The position numbers were made by a program, and so were the translations under genes. DNA of 64,000 bases from a virus, in the IMG/VR virus record IMGVR_UViG_3300027747_003534, positions 32,001-96,000 of that record, one strand, 5' to 3'. A model generated the notes under the pieces. The model had not been told where the DNA came from. It saw only the letters and a list, made by a program, of their open reading frames with translations, and searched no databases. Shown here piece after piece: positions 10,884 through 21,400 of this stretch. Within the stretch, counting starts at the first letter, position 1. Each line of letters starts with the position of its first letter.

Positions 10884-11842
10884 GTTGTGAAGATTATACA
10901 AAATTTAATAATATAGAATCTCTAAATGATCATCAGTTAATCAATCAACTAGAAGAAAATTTAAAGACTTTTTTAGACTGGGGATTTCTGAATATTGGAG
11001 GATTTATCAATGTTCATATACCAAATAGTGGATTATTTGGAGGAAATTTTAGTGATCTTAAGAGTAGTGATCAACCAGGATATTCTTCCGGTCAAGTATG
11101 GCAATCTCCCAAAAAAGAGTGGGTTTGGGAAACCGGAGTATCTTATAATGGAACATCTCCGACTCAAATTTCTGGCGTTATGGTCTCAAGTACATTTTAT
11201 CCAGCCCCAACAGGATCAGGGTCAATTGGCTATAATATTAACTACCCATTAGGTCAGATAATATTCAATAAGCCCCTAGCATCCTCGACCACAGTCAAAT
11301 TAGAATATTCATACCGCTGGTGCCAAGTTTTAAAAGGAGGCTCCAACGAGTTTCTGACAGAACTACAGAGCAGATCCTTCTCTCCTTCTCCAGACATTAA
11401 TCTTAAGAATAAAGGAGACTACCAGATATCATCCAATCACAGAGTTCAAATGCCATGCATAATAATAGAGCCAATCGCTAGAAGCTATTCAAAACCATGG
11501 CAAATTGGAGCACATGATTTTGCTGTTGATCAAGATATTTTATTGCATGTTTTTGCTGAAAACTATAAAGATCAAATTAAAATTACTGATATTATTAGAT
11601 TTCAAAAAGAAAAAGTTATTAAATTATATGATATCTCAAAAGTGGTCAAAAGTGGAGTTAACTCATTAGATCATAAAGGAAGCTTAAATATTAATGGTAA
11701 AAACTATACTAATTTAGTTAATGATTCTAATTTTTTCTGGAATAAATGCTTTTTCAAAGAAATTTCACTTTTGGACATGGAAACCGTAAATAAAAATTTA
11801 TATTGGTGTACATTAAGATTAACCGCAGAAGTTATTTTATAA
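10880..11842 (+). CDS. Putative tail terminator/completion protein
   Basis: Immediately upstream of the tail tube gene; MPCIIIE...QDILLHVFAE segment resembles tail-terminator folds; ATGA overlap. Confidence 0.5.
   Translation: MSCEDYTKFNNIESLNDHQLINQLEENLKTFLDWGFLNIGGFINVHIPNSGLFGGNFSDLKSSDQPGYSSGQVWQSPKKEWVWETGVSYNGTSPTQISGVMVSSTFYPAPTGSGSIGYNINYPLGQIIFNKPLASSTTVKLEYSYRWCQVLKGGSNEFLTELQSRSFSPSPDINLKNKGDYQISSNHRVQMPCIIIEPIARSYSKPWQIGAHDFAVDQDILLHVFAENYKDQIKITDIIRFQKEKVIKLYDISKVVKSGVNSLDHKGSLNINGKNYTNLVNDSNFFWNKCFFKEISLLDMETVNKNLYWCTLRLTAEVIL
11805..11816 (+). promoter_or_regulatory. Candidate late-promoter motif
   Basis: GGTGTACATTAA, 62 bp upstream of the tail tube start. Confidence 0.35.
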
Positions 11843-11866
11843 TCATATTCGACAGGGAGCACTAAC

Positions 11867-12889
11867 ATGGCCAATCGTTTATTCTATGCTGTTCAATCAG
11901 TACAAATTGCTGGACCATCTGGTACAAAAGTAGCTAAAAATCCAGATTTCGATACTGTTCAAGGTTTGCAAAGTGTTGGAATGAATACCAATTTCAATCT
12001 TGAACCAGTTTATCAGCTTGGTCAGTTAGAATTATATGATAATTATGAAGAAATTCCAGAAGTAGAAATTACACTAAACAAAGTATTAGATAGTCAACAA
12101 ACTATTTATGCTATGTCAATGGGCTCTGGAAAGCTTGTTTCTTTAGCTAATAATCGATGTGGTGTCAGACTTAGTCTATACCCAGATACCAACGATAGTG
12201 CAACAGGAACACCATTAGCTAGTGTACAATGCAATCCTGCCTATCTCTCTTCTGTTAGCTACAACTTTCCAACAGAAGGTAATTTTACAGAAGAAGTTAC
12301 ACTAGTTAGTAACGACAAAGAATGGTTAACATCACTCCCCGGATCCACACAGCCCACCTTGCCAACAGCAACTGGACTTGGCATACTACGTCGTGGCTTA
12401 TGGAATAAGGACACAACAGTGCTACCAATTGGAGATGGCGGAGGTATTCCAGCAGGTTCCAAGATTAATAGCGTAAAGGTTAGCATGAACCTTGGTCGTG
12501 AACAAATTCGTGAATTAGGCAGTAAAACTCCTTACTATCGTTATATAAAATTTCCTGTTGAAATTTCAACAGAAATTGAAGTAACGGCTAACACTGGAGA
12601 TATGGTAGGAGCAACAAGTAGTAGTTCATCTTGTAGTAATACCAAAGCTTTAACTAATAAAGCAATTAAGATTGCTCTTTGTGATGGTACAATAATCGAT
12701 CTTGGAAGTAAGAACAAACTAACAACAGTTAATTTTACTGGTGGGGATACCGGTGGCGGAAATGCTACAATCACTTATAGTTATAGAACCTATAATGATT
12801 TTGATTATACTCCACCAACAGGCTCACCAGGTAGTACATTTAGCGATACTGTTGAAGCTGGTCTACCAGTACCGGGTACGGACTATTAA
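11867..12889 (+). CDS. Major tail tube protein
   Basis: RBS AGGGAG; G/S/T-rich beta protein with tube-like motifs (GLQSVGMNTNFNLEPVYQLGQ; NSVKVSMNLGREQIRELG); upstream of the chaperones and TMP. Confidence 0.75.
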   Translation: MANRLFYAVQSVQIAGPSGTKVAKNPDFDTVQGLQSVGMNTNFNLEPVYQLGQLELYDNYEEIPEVEITLNKVLDSQQTIYAMSMGSGKLVSLANNRCGVRLSLYPDTNDSATGTPLASVQCNPAYLSSVSYNFPTEGNFTEEVTLVSNDKEWLTSLPGSTQPTLPTATGLGILRRGLWNKDTTVLPIGDGGGIPAGSKINSVKVSMNLGREQIRELGSKTPYYRYIKFPVEISTEIEVTANTGDMVGATSSSSSCSNTKALTNKAIKIALCDGTIIDLGSKNKLTTVNFTGGDTGGGNATITYSYRTYNDFDYTPPTGSPGSTFSDTVEAGLPVPGTDY

Positions 12890-12913
12890 TATATAATTAA
12901 GAGGATAAATAAT

Positions 12914-13066
12914 ATGGATGATATATTTGCTGTAATTGGCAAAATGTATCTGGATCTTGTACAGAGTCAAAAAATTATAGAAAGCCTGCAAAAAAAACTA
13001 GAAGATCAACAAAAGGATCTTTCTAGCTTGCAGGCTTCTATTATTTCTAAAGATAGCATAATGTGA
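12914..13066 (+). CDS. Small coiled-coil protein, 50 aa (not in ORF track)
   Basis: RBS GAGGA at 12901; MDDIFAVIGKMYLDLVQSQKIIESLQKKLEDQQKDLSSLQASIISKDSIM*; its stop overlaps the next GTG start (GTGA). Confidence 0.7.
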   Translation: MDDIFAVIGKMYLDLVQSQKIIESLQKKLEDQQKDLSSLQASIISKDSIM

Positions 13067-14097
13067 ATGAATCCAGGAATACTGAAAAATTAGTGCATAG
13101 AATACTATCAGGTAAATTAATATTTTTTCTTGATAGTAATTATTATGAGCTTAGGAAATCATCTTTAGATATTAAGATGGAAGCAGATTTTCTATATGCT
13201 TCAACATACGAAGATAATTTATATAATGAAAATTTTTGGTTAGCTGAAGATATAGATAATTTATTAATAGAATTAAATATTCTGTACTATGATAGTAAAA
13301 AAATATTGCAAAAAATTGAAAAAAGCTTAGAGAATGCTAAGATAGATTTATTTAAAAACTATTTTGATATTACTAAAAGATCTAAAATAAAAACTCGCAT
13401 ATCTAATCTTAAAAATGATATTGAAAACATATACTCAAAACAACATAGTTTAGATTTTTTAACATTAGAAAACTATTGTGATAATATTAGGCATGAATTT
13501 ATTATTAGTAATACATTGTATAATAAAAGTAATGATTTAGTATTTAAAAAAAATAATATTGATTATGTAAATTTTAATAATATTATATCTGTAATTTCTA
13601 AAAATATGATAGATGTAACAACATATAAAATGATAGCACGATGTGATTATTGGAAAAATTATTGGAGTAATAATAAAACAAATGTTATAGATAGTCCTAT
13701 TAGGGATTGGTCAGAAGAACAAAAAAGTTTGATTAATATCTCTTGTATGTATGATAAAATATATGAGCATCCAGAATGTCCACAGGATGATATTATTAAT
13801 GATGACGATGCTTTGGATGGTTGGATGATGTTTCAAAAACAAAAAAATGATCTACAAAAGAAAGAAAAGGGTGTAGATAGTATGTTGTCAGGAAAAATTA
13901 AGAACTCTAGCGAAATATTCTTGATGGCTGGAAATAAGGATCAAGCAGAAGATATTTTGGGACTAAATGCTCAGGACTCTTTGGGTATTATAAAAACCAA
14001 AGTTGATACTGTTATGTCAAAAGGAAGAGTAAGGGACGGAGAATTGCCGGATGTTAAACAAAGAATTATGCAACAACTTCAGAGTAAAGGAAGATAA
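13063..14097 (+). CDS. Putative tail assembly chaperone, long (GT-like) form
   Basis: Lies between tube and TMP genes; N-terminal half aligns by eye with 14445-15335; has an extra C-terminal domain with YEHPECP.DDII.DDDALDGW. Confidence 0.55.
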   Translation: MNESRNTEKLVHRILSGKLIFFLDSNYYELRKSSLDIKMEADFLYASTYEDNLYNENFWLAEDIDNLLIELNILYYDSKKILQKIEKSLENAKIDLFKNYFDITKRSKIKTRISNLKNDIENIYSKQHSLDFLTLENYCDNIRHEFIISNTLYNKSNDLVFKKNNIDYVNFNNIISVISKNMIDVTTYKMIARCDYWKNYWSNNKTNVIDSPIRDWSEEQKSLINISCMYDKIYEHPECPQDDIINDDDALDGWMMFQKQKNDLQKKEKGVDSMLSGKIKNSSEIFLMAGNKDQAEDILGLNAQDSLGIIKTKVDTVMSKGRVRDGELPDVKQRIMQQLQSKGR

Positions 14098-14100
14098 TTT

Positions 14101-14427
14101 ATGTATGAACCAGAGCGACTAAAATTTTATATGGAACGTAGAATCGAGACCACAATGATAGGTACTCTTGCAAGAATAGAACAAAATTTTGGATTTTTGT
14201 GGGGACATAATAAAGATGGAGAACTCACAGAGGAAGAAGAAAAGTTTGCCGATATTTGGGATTTTACAAGAAACGATATATTAAATCATGGAAACAAACA
14301 AATAAGAAATTTGGATATTGATTTTAATCGCTATGGTGGAGTTTTTAAGAGTAACTACCACTATACTTTTAAAGTGAATAAAAATAATAATAATAATAAT
14401 AATAATAATCATGAAAATCATAAATAA
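14101..14427 (+). CDS. Hypothetical protein in the tail chaperone region
   Basis: 108-aa ORF tightly packed in the operon; poly-Asn tail. Confidence 0.6.
   Translation: MYEPERLKFYMERRIETTMIGTLARIEQNFGFLWGHNKDGELTEEEEKFADIWDFTRNDILNHGNKQIRNLDIDFNRYGGVFKSNYHYTFKVNKNNNNNNNNNHENHK
14383..14409 (+). repeat. (AAT)9 microsatellite encoding poly-Asn
   Basis: Nine perfect in-frame AAT units. Confidence 0.9.
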
Positions 14428-14444
14428 AGGAAAAGGATATCAAT

Positions 14445-15335
14445 ATGAAAACAGAAAATTTTAGTGTTGTTGTAGATGGCGTTGAAAATCATTATGTTGT
14501 TCGTTCTCCCTCTTTAAATGACCAAAGAGAAGCTCAAAAGGCATACAATCAGGCTTTTACTGATGCTATCAAGAGTAAGAGCATAGTACGAGCTAAAATG
14601 GATGATCTTCTAGAAGAACAGGGCTTATGGAATAATGAAAAACAGGCCAAGTTCACATCTCTGCAACAGGAATTACTAGACGGAGAAAAAAGACTTGCTA
14701 AGGGTGGTTTTAGTCTGAGCGACGCTAAGAAACTAGCTCTACAAATGAAAGAGATTAGATCAGAAATAAGAGATCTCATTAGTGTAAGAACCAGTTTAGA
14801 TAATCATAGCGCAGAAGGTCAAGCAGATAATGCCAGATTTAACTATTTAGTATCAGCTTGCGTGGTGTATAAAGATACTAATGAGCCTTATTTTAAGAAT
14901 TTGGAAGATTACCTAAATAAGTCAGATGATCCTGTGTCTTTATTGGGTGCTCAAAAATTGGCTAATATGGTTTATGGATTGGATAATAACTTTGAAAAAG
15001 GCTTGCCAGAAAATAAGTTTTTGCATAAGTATAAGTTTGTTGATGAAAAACTTCGTTTAATTGATAAGAAGGGCAGACTAGTTGATGTTGACGGAAAGCT
15101 TATTGATGAACGAGGACGATATATTGATGAGCAGGGTAATTATGTCGATAAGTATGGAAATAGGGTGGACGTTGATGGAGATTATGTTGTAGATTCAGAA
15201 CCATTCCTAGACGATGAAGGAAAACCAGTTGTTTTGGAAAAAGAAAAACCAGTTACGGAAGAGAATAAAACTGATGATACCAACAAAACCACAACTGTAC
15301 CAGAAGCAACTCCAGAAACTCCTAAAGCAGAGTGA
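14445..15335 (+). CDS. Putative tail assembly chaperone (G-like)
   Basis: Directly upstream of the TMP; RBS AAGGA; helical N-terminal part, C-terminal DxxG repeats and an acidic tail. Confidence 0.6.
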   Translation: MKTENFSVVVDGVENHYVVRSPSLNDQREAQKAYNQAFTDAIKSKSIVRAKMDDLLEEQGLWNNEKQAKFTSLQQELLDGEKRLAKGGFSLSDAKKLALQMKEIRSEIRDLISVRTSLDNHSAEGQADNARFNYLVSACVVYKDTNEPYFKNLEDYLNKSDDPVSLLGAQKLANMVYGLDNNFEKGLPENKFLHKYKFVDEKLRLIDKKGRLVDVDGKLIDERGRYIDEQGNYVDKYGNRVDVDGDYVVDSEPFLDDEGKPVVLEKEKPVTEENKTDDTNKTTTVPEATPETPKAE

Positions 15336-15368
15336 TTTCTTAATAATTAATATTGGTTTTATAACCTT

Positions 15369-15409
15369 GAGCACCATGCGGCATTTAGCTTGCATGGTGT
15401 TCTTTTTTT
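15369..15409 (+). terminator. Intrinsic (rho-independent) terminator
   Basis: GAGCACCATGC pairs with GCATGGTGTTC (one G-U), followed by T7. Confidence 0.75.
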
Positions 15410-15421
15410 AGGACTTAAAAT

Positions 15422-18400
15422 ATGAGCAAAGGATTTAATCTTACAGCAGAAATCAACTTGCGCGGTCCTTCAAATATAAGGACTGTTGTTGCGGATATTC
15501 GCAGGCAAATTGGATCTGTATCCGCAGATATTACTCCGGTAGTTACTAGACAATCTGTCCGTAATGTTGCTAGTGTAATAAGAAGTCAGCTGTCTAATAT
15601 AATATGTGATGTTAAGATCAAAGCCAATACATCATCATTAAGAAGTATTGGATCAGATATAAGAAGACAGTTAAGTGGGGTTAGTGCTAATATTAACGTT
15701 AGGGCCAATCAGTCATCAATAAGAACAATGGCGGCTGACATCAGAAGACAATTAGGATCAATTAATGCTAATGTTAATGTTAGATTCAATACTACTGCTG
15801 TTACAACATATAGTAACAATTTAAGAGGATTAAATGCTAATCTTAATCAGATAATAACCTCAGCCACCAATGCTACAGGAGCCATCAATGCTTTAGCTGC
15901 TGCAATGAGAAGTGCATCAGCTGCTGGATCGGCTATTAATAATACTGCTATAAATGTTGGAAATGTTAGCAGGGCTGCGAATAATACTAGAAATAGCATT
16001 ACTCTAGCATCCAATGAAATGGTAGAGTTTGGTCGTCAATCCGGCTTAGCATTTAGAAGATTTTCAGCTATTACAACTGTTACAAGTGTTATATATGGAT
16101 TAACAAATGCTGTTAGTCAGGGTGTTAAATCTTTTATAGATTTTGATTTGCAAATGACTCGCATATCTCAGGTAACTGGTGATTCAAGAAATAAATTAGC
16201 TGATGTGGCAAATACTATTACAGATTTATCTACTAAACTTGGTGTTTCTTCTAATGAGCTAACAACTACCACAGTAACTCTTGCACAGGCTGGTTTAACG
16301 GCTAAAGATACTGCTACGGCGCTCAAAGCTTTGGCTCTTAGTGCATTAGCTCCATCATTTGATGATATGAATCAAACTGTAGAAGGATCTATTGCTTTAA
16401 TGAGACAGTTTGGTATAGGAGCAAATCAATTAGAAATGGCACTAGGTAGTGTTAATGCTGTGTCTGCTAAGTTTGCTGTTGAAGCTAGTGATATTATTAC
16501 TGCTATTCAGCGTACTGGTGGTGTGTTTGCTGCTGCTAGTAGAGGAGTAAGCACAGGCACAGAAGCATTAAATGAATTTATTGCTGTATTTACCAGTATC
16601 CGAGCTACAACTCGTGAAAGTGCAGAAACTATTGCTACTGGTTTAAGAACTATTTTTACTAGAATTCAAAGAGCAGGAACTATCGAAGCATTACAAGAAT
16701 TTGGAGTTACATTAACTGATTTAGAAGGTAAATTCGTAGGTCCCTATATTGCGGTTCAAAGACTTAGTGAAGGACTAAGCAGATTAGATCCACGAGATCT
16801 TAAATTCTCACAGATAGTTGAAGAATTGGGCGGCTTCCGTCAGATCGGCAAGGTGCTACCACTTATTCAACAGTTCGCAACTGCTCAAGACGCATTAAAG
16901 GTTGCTCAACAGGGCCAAGGATCATTAGCAACCGACGCGGCAAAAGGACAATTAGCTTTAGCTATTCAGATTCAGAAAGTGAGAGAAGAATTTCTTGCTC
17001 TTATTCGTAGCATTGGAGATACTAGTAGTTTTCAAAATATTGTAAAAGTTGGTTTAGATTTAGCCAGCGCTTTAATAAAGGTGGCTGATGCCACTAAGGG
17101 AGTTTTACCATTATTAACTCTGTTTGCTGCATTTAAAGGAATCACTGCGGCCACTCAATATATAGGTGGTTTTAGTCAAGGAATCAGAGGAAATGGTGGA
17201 GGAGCCAGAAGAGCTAATGAAGGTGGTCGTATATATGCTTTTGCTAGTGGTGGATTAGTACCAGGATATGGAAATGGTGATACTGTATCGGCAAAATTAA
17301 CTCCTGGTGAGTTTGTGATGAGCAAGCCAGCAGCACAAAGCATAGGAGTTGGTAATTTACATTCTTTGAATAGGAGTCGTGGAGGATCTATATTCCCCAA
17401 AAATTATTATCAGGGTGGGGTTGCAGCTTTAAAATCACTGTCTCCAGGAGAAAGTGGAAATAGAATCTCAGACTATATAGATTATTACGAGAATGAAACA
17501 AGCAAGACCAGCAAACAAAAAACAGGAAGAAAAAATAAATTAAACAGACAATCACCGAAAATGCTTAGAGGTTTTCAGCTCAAAGATAATGTTAATTCCG
17601 ATATAGAGAGAAGAGTTATTGGGGAATCAGAAATAAAAGAAGCTGTTGCAAACAATGCGAATTTTAGACGCTATATTAATAGTAGAGCAGCCAAAGATAA
17701 GAGTAGAGAGTTCTATGCTGCTCAAGGCGTAGCTTTTGAGGAGTTTTTATTTCAACATATTCTTGAGGGAAAACAATATGAAAAAGCACCCAAAAACAAC
17801 TATCCTTTAGATTTTATACCAAAGACTCCCGGATTACCTCCAGTTGAAGCTAAATTTACTTACGAGCAAGTTCCTGATGCATTTATTTTAAACAAACGAT
17901 TAAGATATAACTTATTGCGTCGTAATAACGAAAAAATATCTCCTTTAACCAGGAAGCAGAAACCCGACAATATTCAATTGGGTCCAACAATTGTATATGA
18001 AATGGGACCTGGATTAAAAAACAAAATCTTTACTCCAAACTCAAGTGAAAGCCAAAAAAGAGGAAGAGAAGAAAGAGCTCAGAAGAGTTTATTAAAAATT
18101 GATAAACTTGGTTTAGAACGTAATAATGGTGGATCTATACAAAAATTCGGTATTGGTGGAAGTACTGACGCTATATCAACATATAAAGCAACTTCTATGA
18201 AACTTAATAGAAGTCTAATGCTTGGAACTCCATTAACTAAAGAAGAACAAAAAAATGTTAAAGATTTAAAAAAACAAACCACAGATAAATTACCAAAACA
18301 ATTATATTCTGGTATTGGAGAAAATAGACTCAATCTGATTAAAAATCAAGTTGGCGATAAGCTACCAAAATCGGTTGGCAAATCATTTACATTACCTGGA

Positions 18401-21400
18401 TTTTTATCTACTAGTTTAGATAGCTCTATAGCAATGGAATTTGCTCGTCAAGGACTTTTGAGTATTTTGACCAACCCCAAGAAAAAGGGTATTAATACTA
18501 ATAAACGAGTTAGTACAGATTATGATTTAGAAAAAGAATTTATATTACCACCAAACTCTAAATTCAAAATCTTAAGCGCAAAAGAAGAGCGAAGTTCTGC
18601 TCGACCCGGAAGTTCTTTAATGAGATCAAAAGCTAGTCTTAATGTTCAACAACTAGCTTCTGGTGGATCTATTCAGCGATTCATGGCCGGAGAGATGGTC
18701 AGAAGAACAAAAAAAGAACGGTTTAAAAAAATAACAGAGTCCGATGCTGCTAAATTAACAGCTTCTCAAATTATAACAGGCCTTACTACTGGACAGACCG
18801 GCCCCGTTAGAGTAGAGGGTATGGATGTTGGAATGATGAGGACTATTCTTGGTAAACGAAATACAACACCAGATATTCAACGCAAAAAAGATGAGATTCT
18901 AAAAGCTTATACCAGAAGAATAAACGGTGAAGTAGATCAACGTCTCGGAATTACTAATCAGAAACAAGCAGCAGGATTACTATTTGGTATTGCTGGTTTG
19001 TACGGCTCTCCATTTAAGCCAACTGATATGGTTGTTGGAGATAAAGGAGAACTTAAAAACATCACAACTGTTCAGGTGATGGGTGGTGTTCCTCGTAAAA
19101 AATTAATGGATAAGGCTGGCATAGGTATTGATGATCTAGATGCTTATGGTAAAGATTTTAGAAAATCTGTTAAAAAAGGAGCTAAAAGACTATTAGTATC
19201 GGATATTCTTAGTCAACTAGGTTTAGGTAAAGCGCTTTATGCTGACTTTGACAAAACATTAGTATTTGGGGCTGATAATCTTCCTGATCTACAGTCTTTT
19301 AACAACAAGAGACAGGTAGGTAGACAATTATTATCAGAAAAAGCTAGACTTAGCACTCTTGGTCAAAAATTAAGAGATTTATTGCTAGTTAAGCCTCAGC
19401 TGTCACCATATGTAAATGTACTAACAGCGCGACCACCCTCCACAGTTGGTCTTTTACAAGCTTTCCTTAAACGACAAAATCTTAATATACCTCGTTCTCA
19501 ATTTACCGGGGTTGGTGGTAATAATTTAAACGAATCTGCAATTGCAAAATTAAAAGCTGCGGAATTACCTCCCGGATCAGTTTTTGTTGATGATAATGGA
19601 AAAAATACAAAAGAAGCAGAACTTAAATCTAAATCACTAAAGGCTAAAGGTGAAGCTGGTATTAAAGTATTTAGATATAAAAGTGCCAGAAATCCGTTAG
19701 ATCAACCGGGTGAAGATACTGCTGCTGGTCTTGCATTTCAAGAATCATTAAGAGGACTTCTTTCAGACAAAAGAGCAATGGCAGCATTTGCTGAAACAGG
19801 AGGAAAGAGCATTGACTTTCCGCTTGGATTAGGAAAACGAGCAGCATTATTTGGTCTAAAACCAAACATACCAACAGATGCCAAAAGAACATTGAATGGT
19901 CCATCAACAGCAAAAGATAATATCACTAATTATCTAAAAGTTCGAGGTTATAATAGCGGTGGAATAATTCAAAAATTTGAAACTGGTGGAGCAACAGATA
20001 GTCTTAGACAATACCAATTGCGATCTAAAGATCTTCATTCTGCTGTTATTTCAAACAAACCAGACAAAACTAAAAGTAATCAGATAAAAGATCTTGACAG
20101 TTCAATGATTGATTCTTTGCCAAAAATACTTTATAGTGGATTTAAAGAAAATCGTAGAAAAATTATTGATCAAGATATAGATCCTAATAAAGACTATAAA
20201 TCTCAGTTAATGAATAAGACTTTTTCTTTTCCGTCATTTTTGTCTACTTCTATAAACTATGATAGTGCTAAAAGATTTGCTGGATCAAATGGAGGGGTAT
20301 TACACATAAGACCAACAGGTAAGGGTGCTAATGTTTTAGAAAGAACCGGTAATAAAGGAAAGAGTGCTCTTTATGATATGGAAGCAGAATATCTATTACC
20401 AAGAAATTCTAGATTTAAAATCAATAGAGTATTAGATACTACTGGACCACTAGGATGGAGATCAGATTGGGGTGCTCCAAATTTTCTAGAAGCTGAAGTT
20501 AAAAGTTTTAAAAATGGTGGAAACATTAGAAGATTTGCTGATGCTGGATTAGTACCTGCTCCTAAATTAATTCAAAGAGGAGGATTCAAGTATAGTCTAG
20601 AAGATATTATTAAAGCCGGTTTTACTGAAGCTCAGTTCATGAAGCAAATACCTGCTCCTGGTGGCTATGGTGAACAGTGGCAAATTGGTGGTTATGGAGA
20701 AGGCTCAATACCTATGCCTCCATCCCTACAACCATATAAAGCTCCACCATCTGTTGTTCAGGATCGGGTTGATCTTGCTCGATCAAATGTTCAAAATAGA
20801 ATGGCAGATGCGGTAAGGAGAGACGGACGCACTTTGAGAGATTACGAGGTTAGCAGTGATCAAAAGGCGTTCAAGAAAATGCGAGGATATGCAATAGGAG
20901 GATCCACACAGGATACTGTACCAGCATTAGTTAGCAATGGAGAAGCTTTTGTACCACCAGAAACAGCAAAAAATATAGGATATGACAAATTAAGAGAAAT
21001 GAACCAAGCAGATCGTAATGGTATGAGGTCATTTGCTGGTGGTGGAATTAGTTTATTTAAGGGACCCGGTAGCGGAACAAGCGACAGCATAGGACCTGTA
21101 GGATTGCCTGTGGGCGGATTTGTTATAAGAGCAGCTGCTACCAAAGCTTTAGGATTAAGTAAGGGCGGAGCCGTTCAAAGATTTGCTTTTGGAGGAAGTC
21201 CTAGAGCAGTACCAAATATTAGCGGCATGAGCGATGCTAGAGCATTATCAGTAGTTGGAGTTACAGATAATGTTACTGGTCAACTAGAAAATTTAGCTAC
21301 GGTATTACAAGAATTAGGTGTTAGATCAGGTGATTCTGCTAGAATTATTCAGAGCGGCATACAAGCAACATACCAACAAGCTATACGAGCAACAGAAGCT

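Noticed and set aside
12989-13027. A-run (CAA AAA AAA) in the 50-aa ORF as a G/GT -1 frameshift site into the 13063 frame
   Set aside because: The -1 frame hits TAG (ttc tag, ~13024) before reaching 13063.
9715-15335. Contractile tail sheath gene
   Set aside because: No ORF of suitable size or motif lies next to the tube gene in this window.
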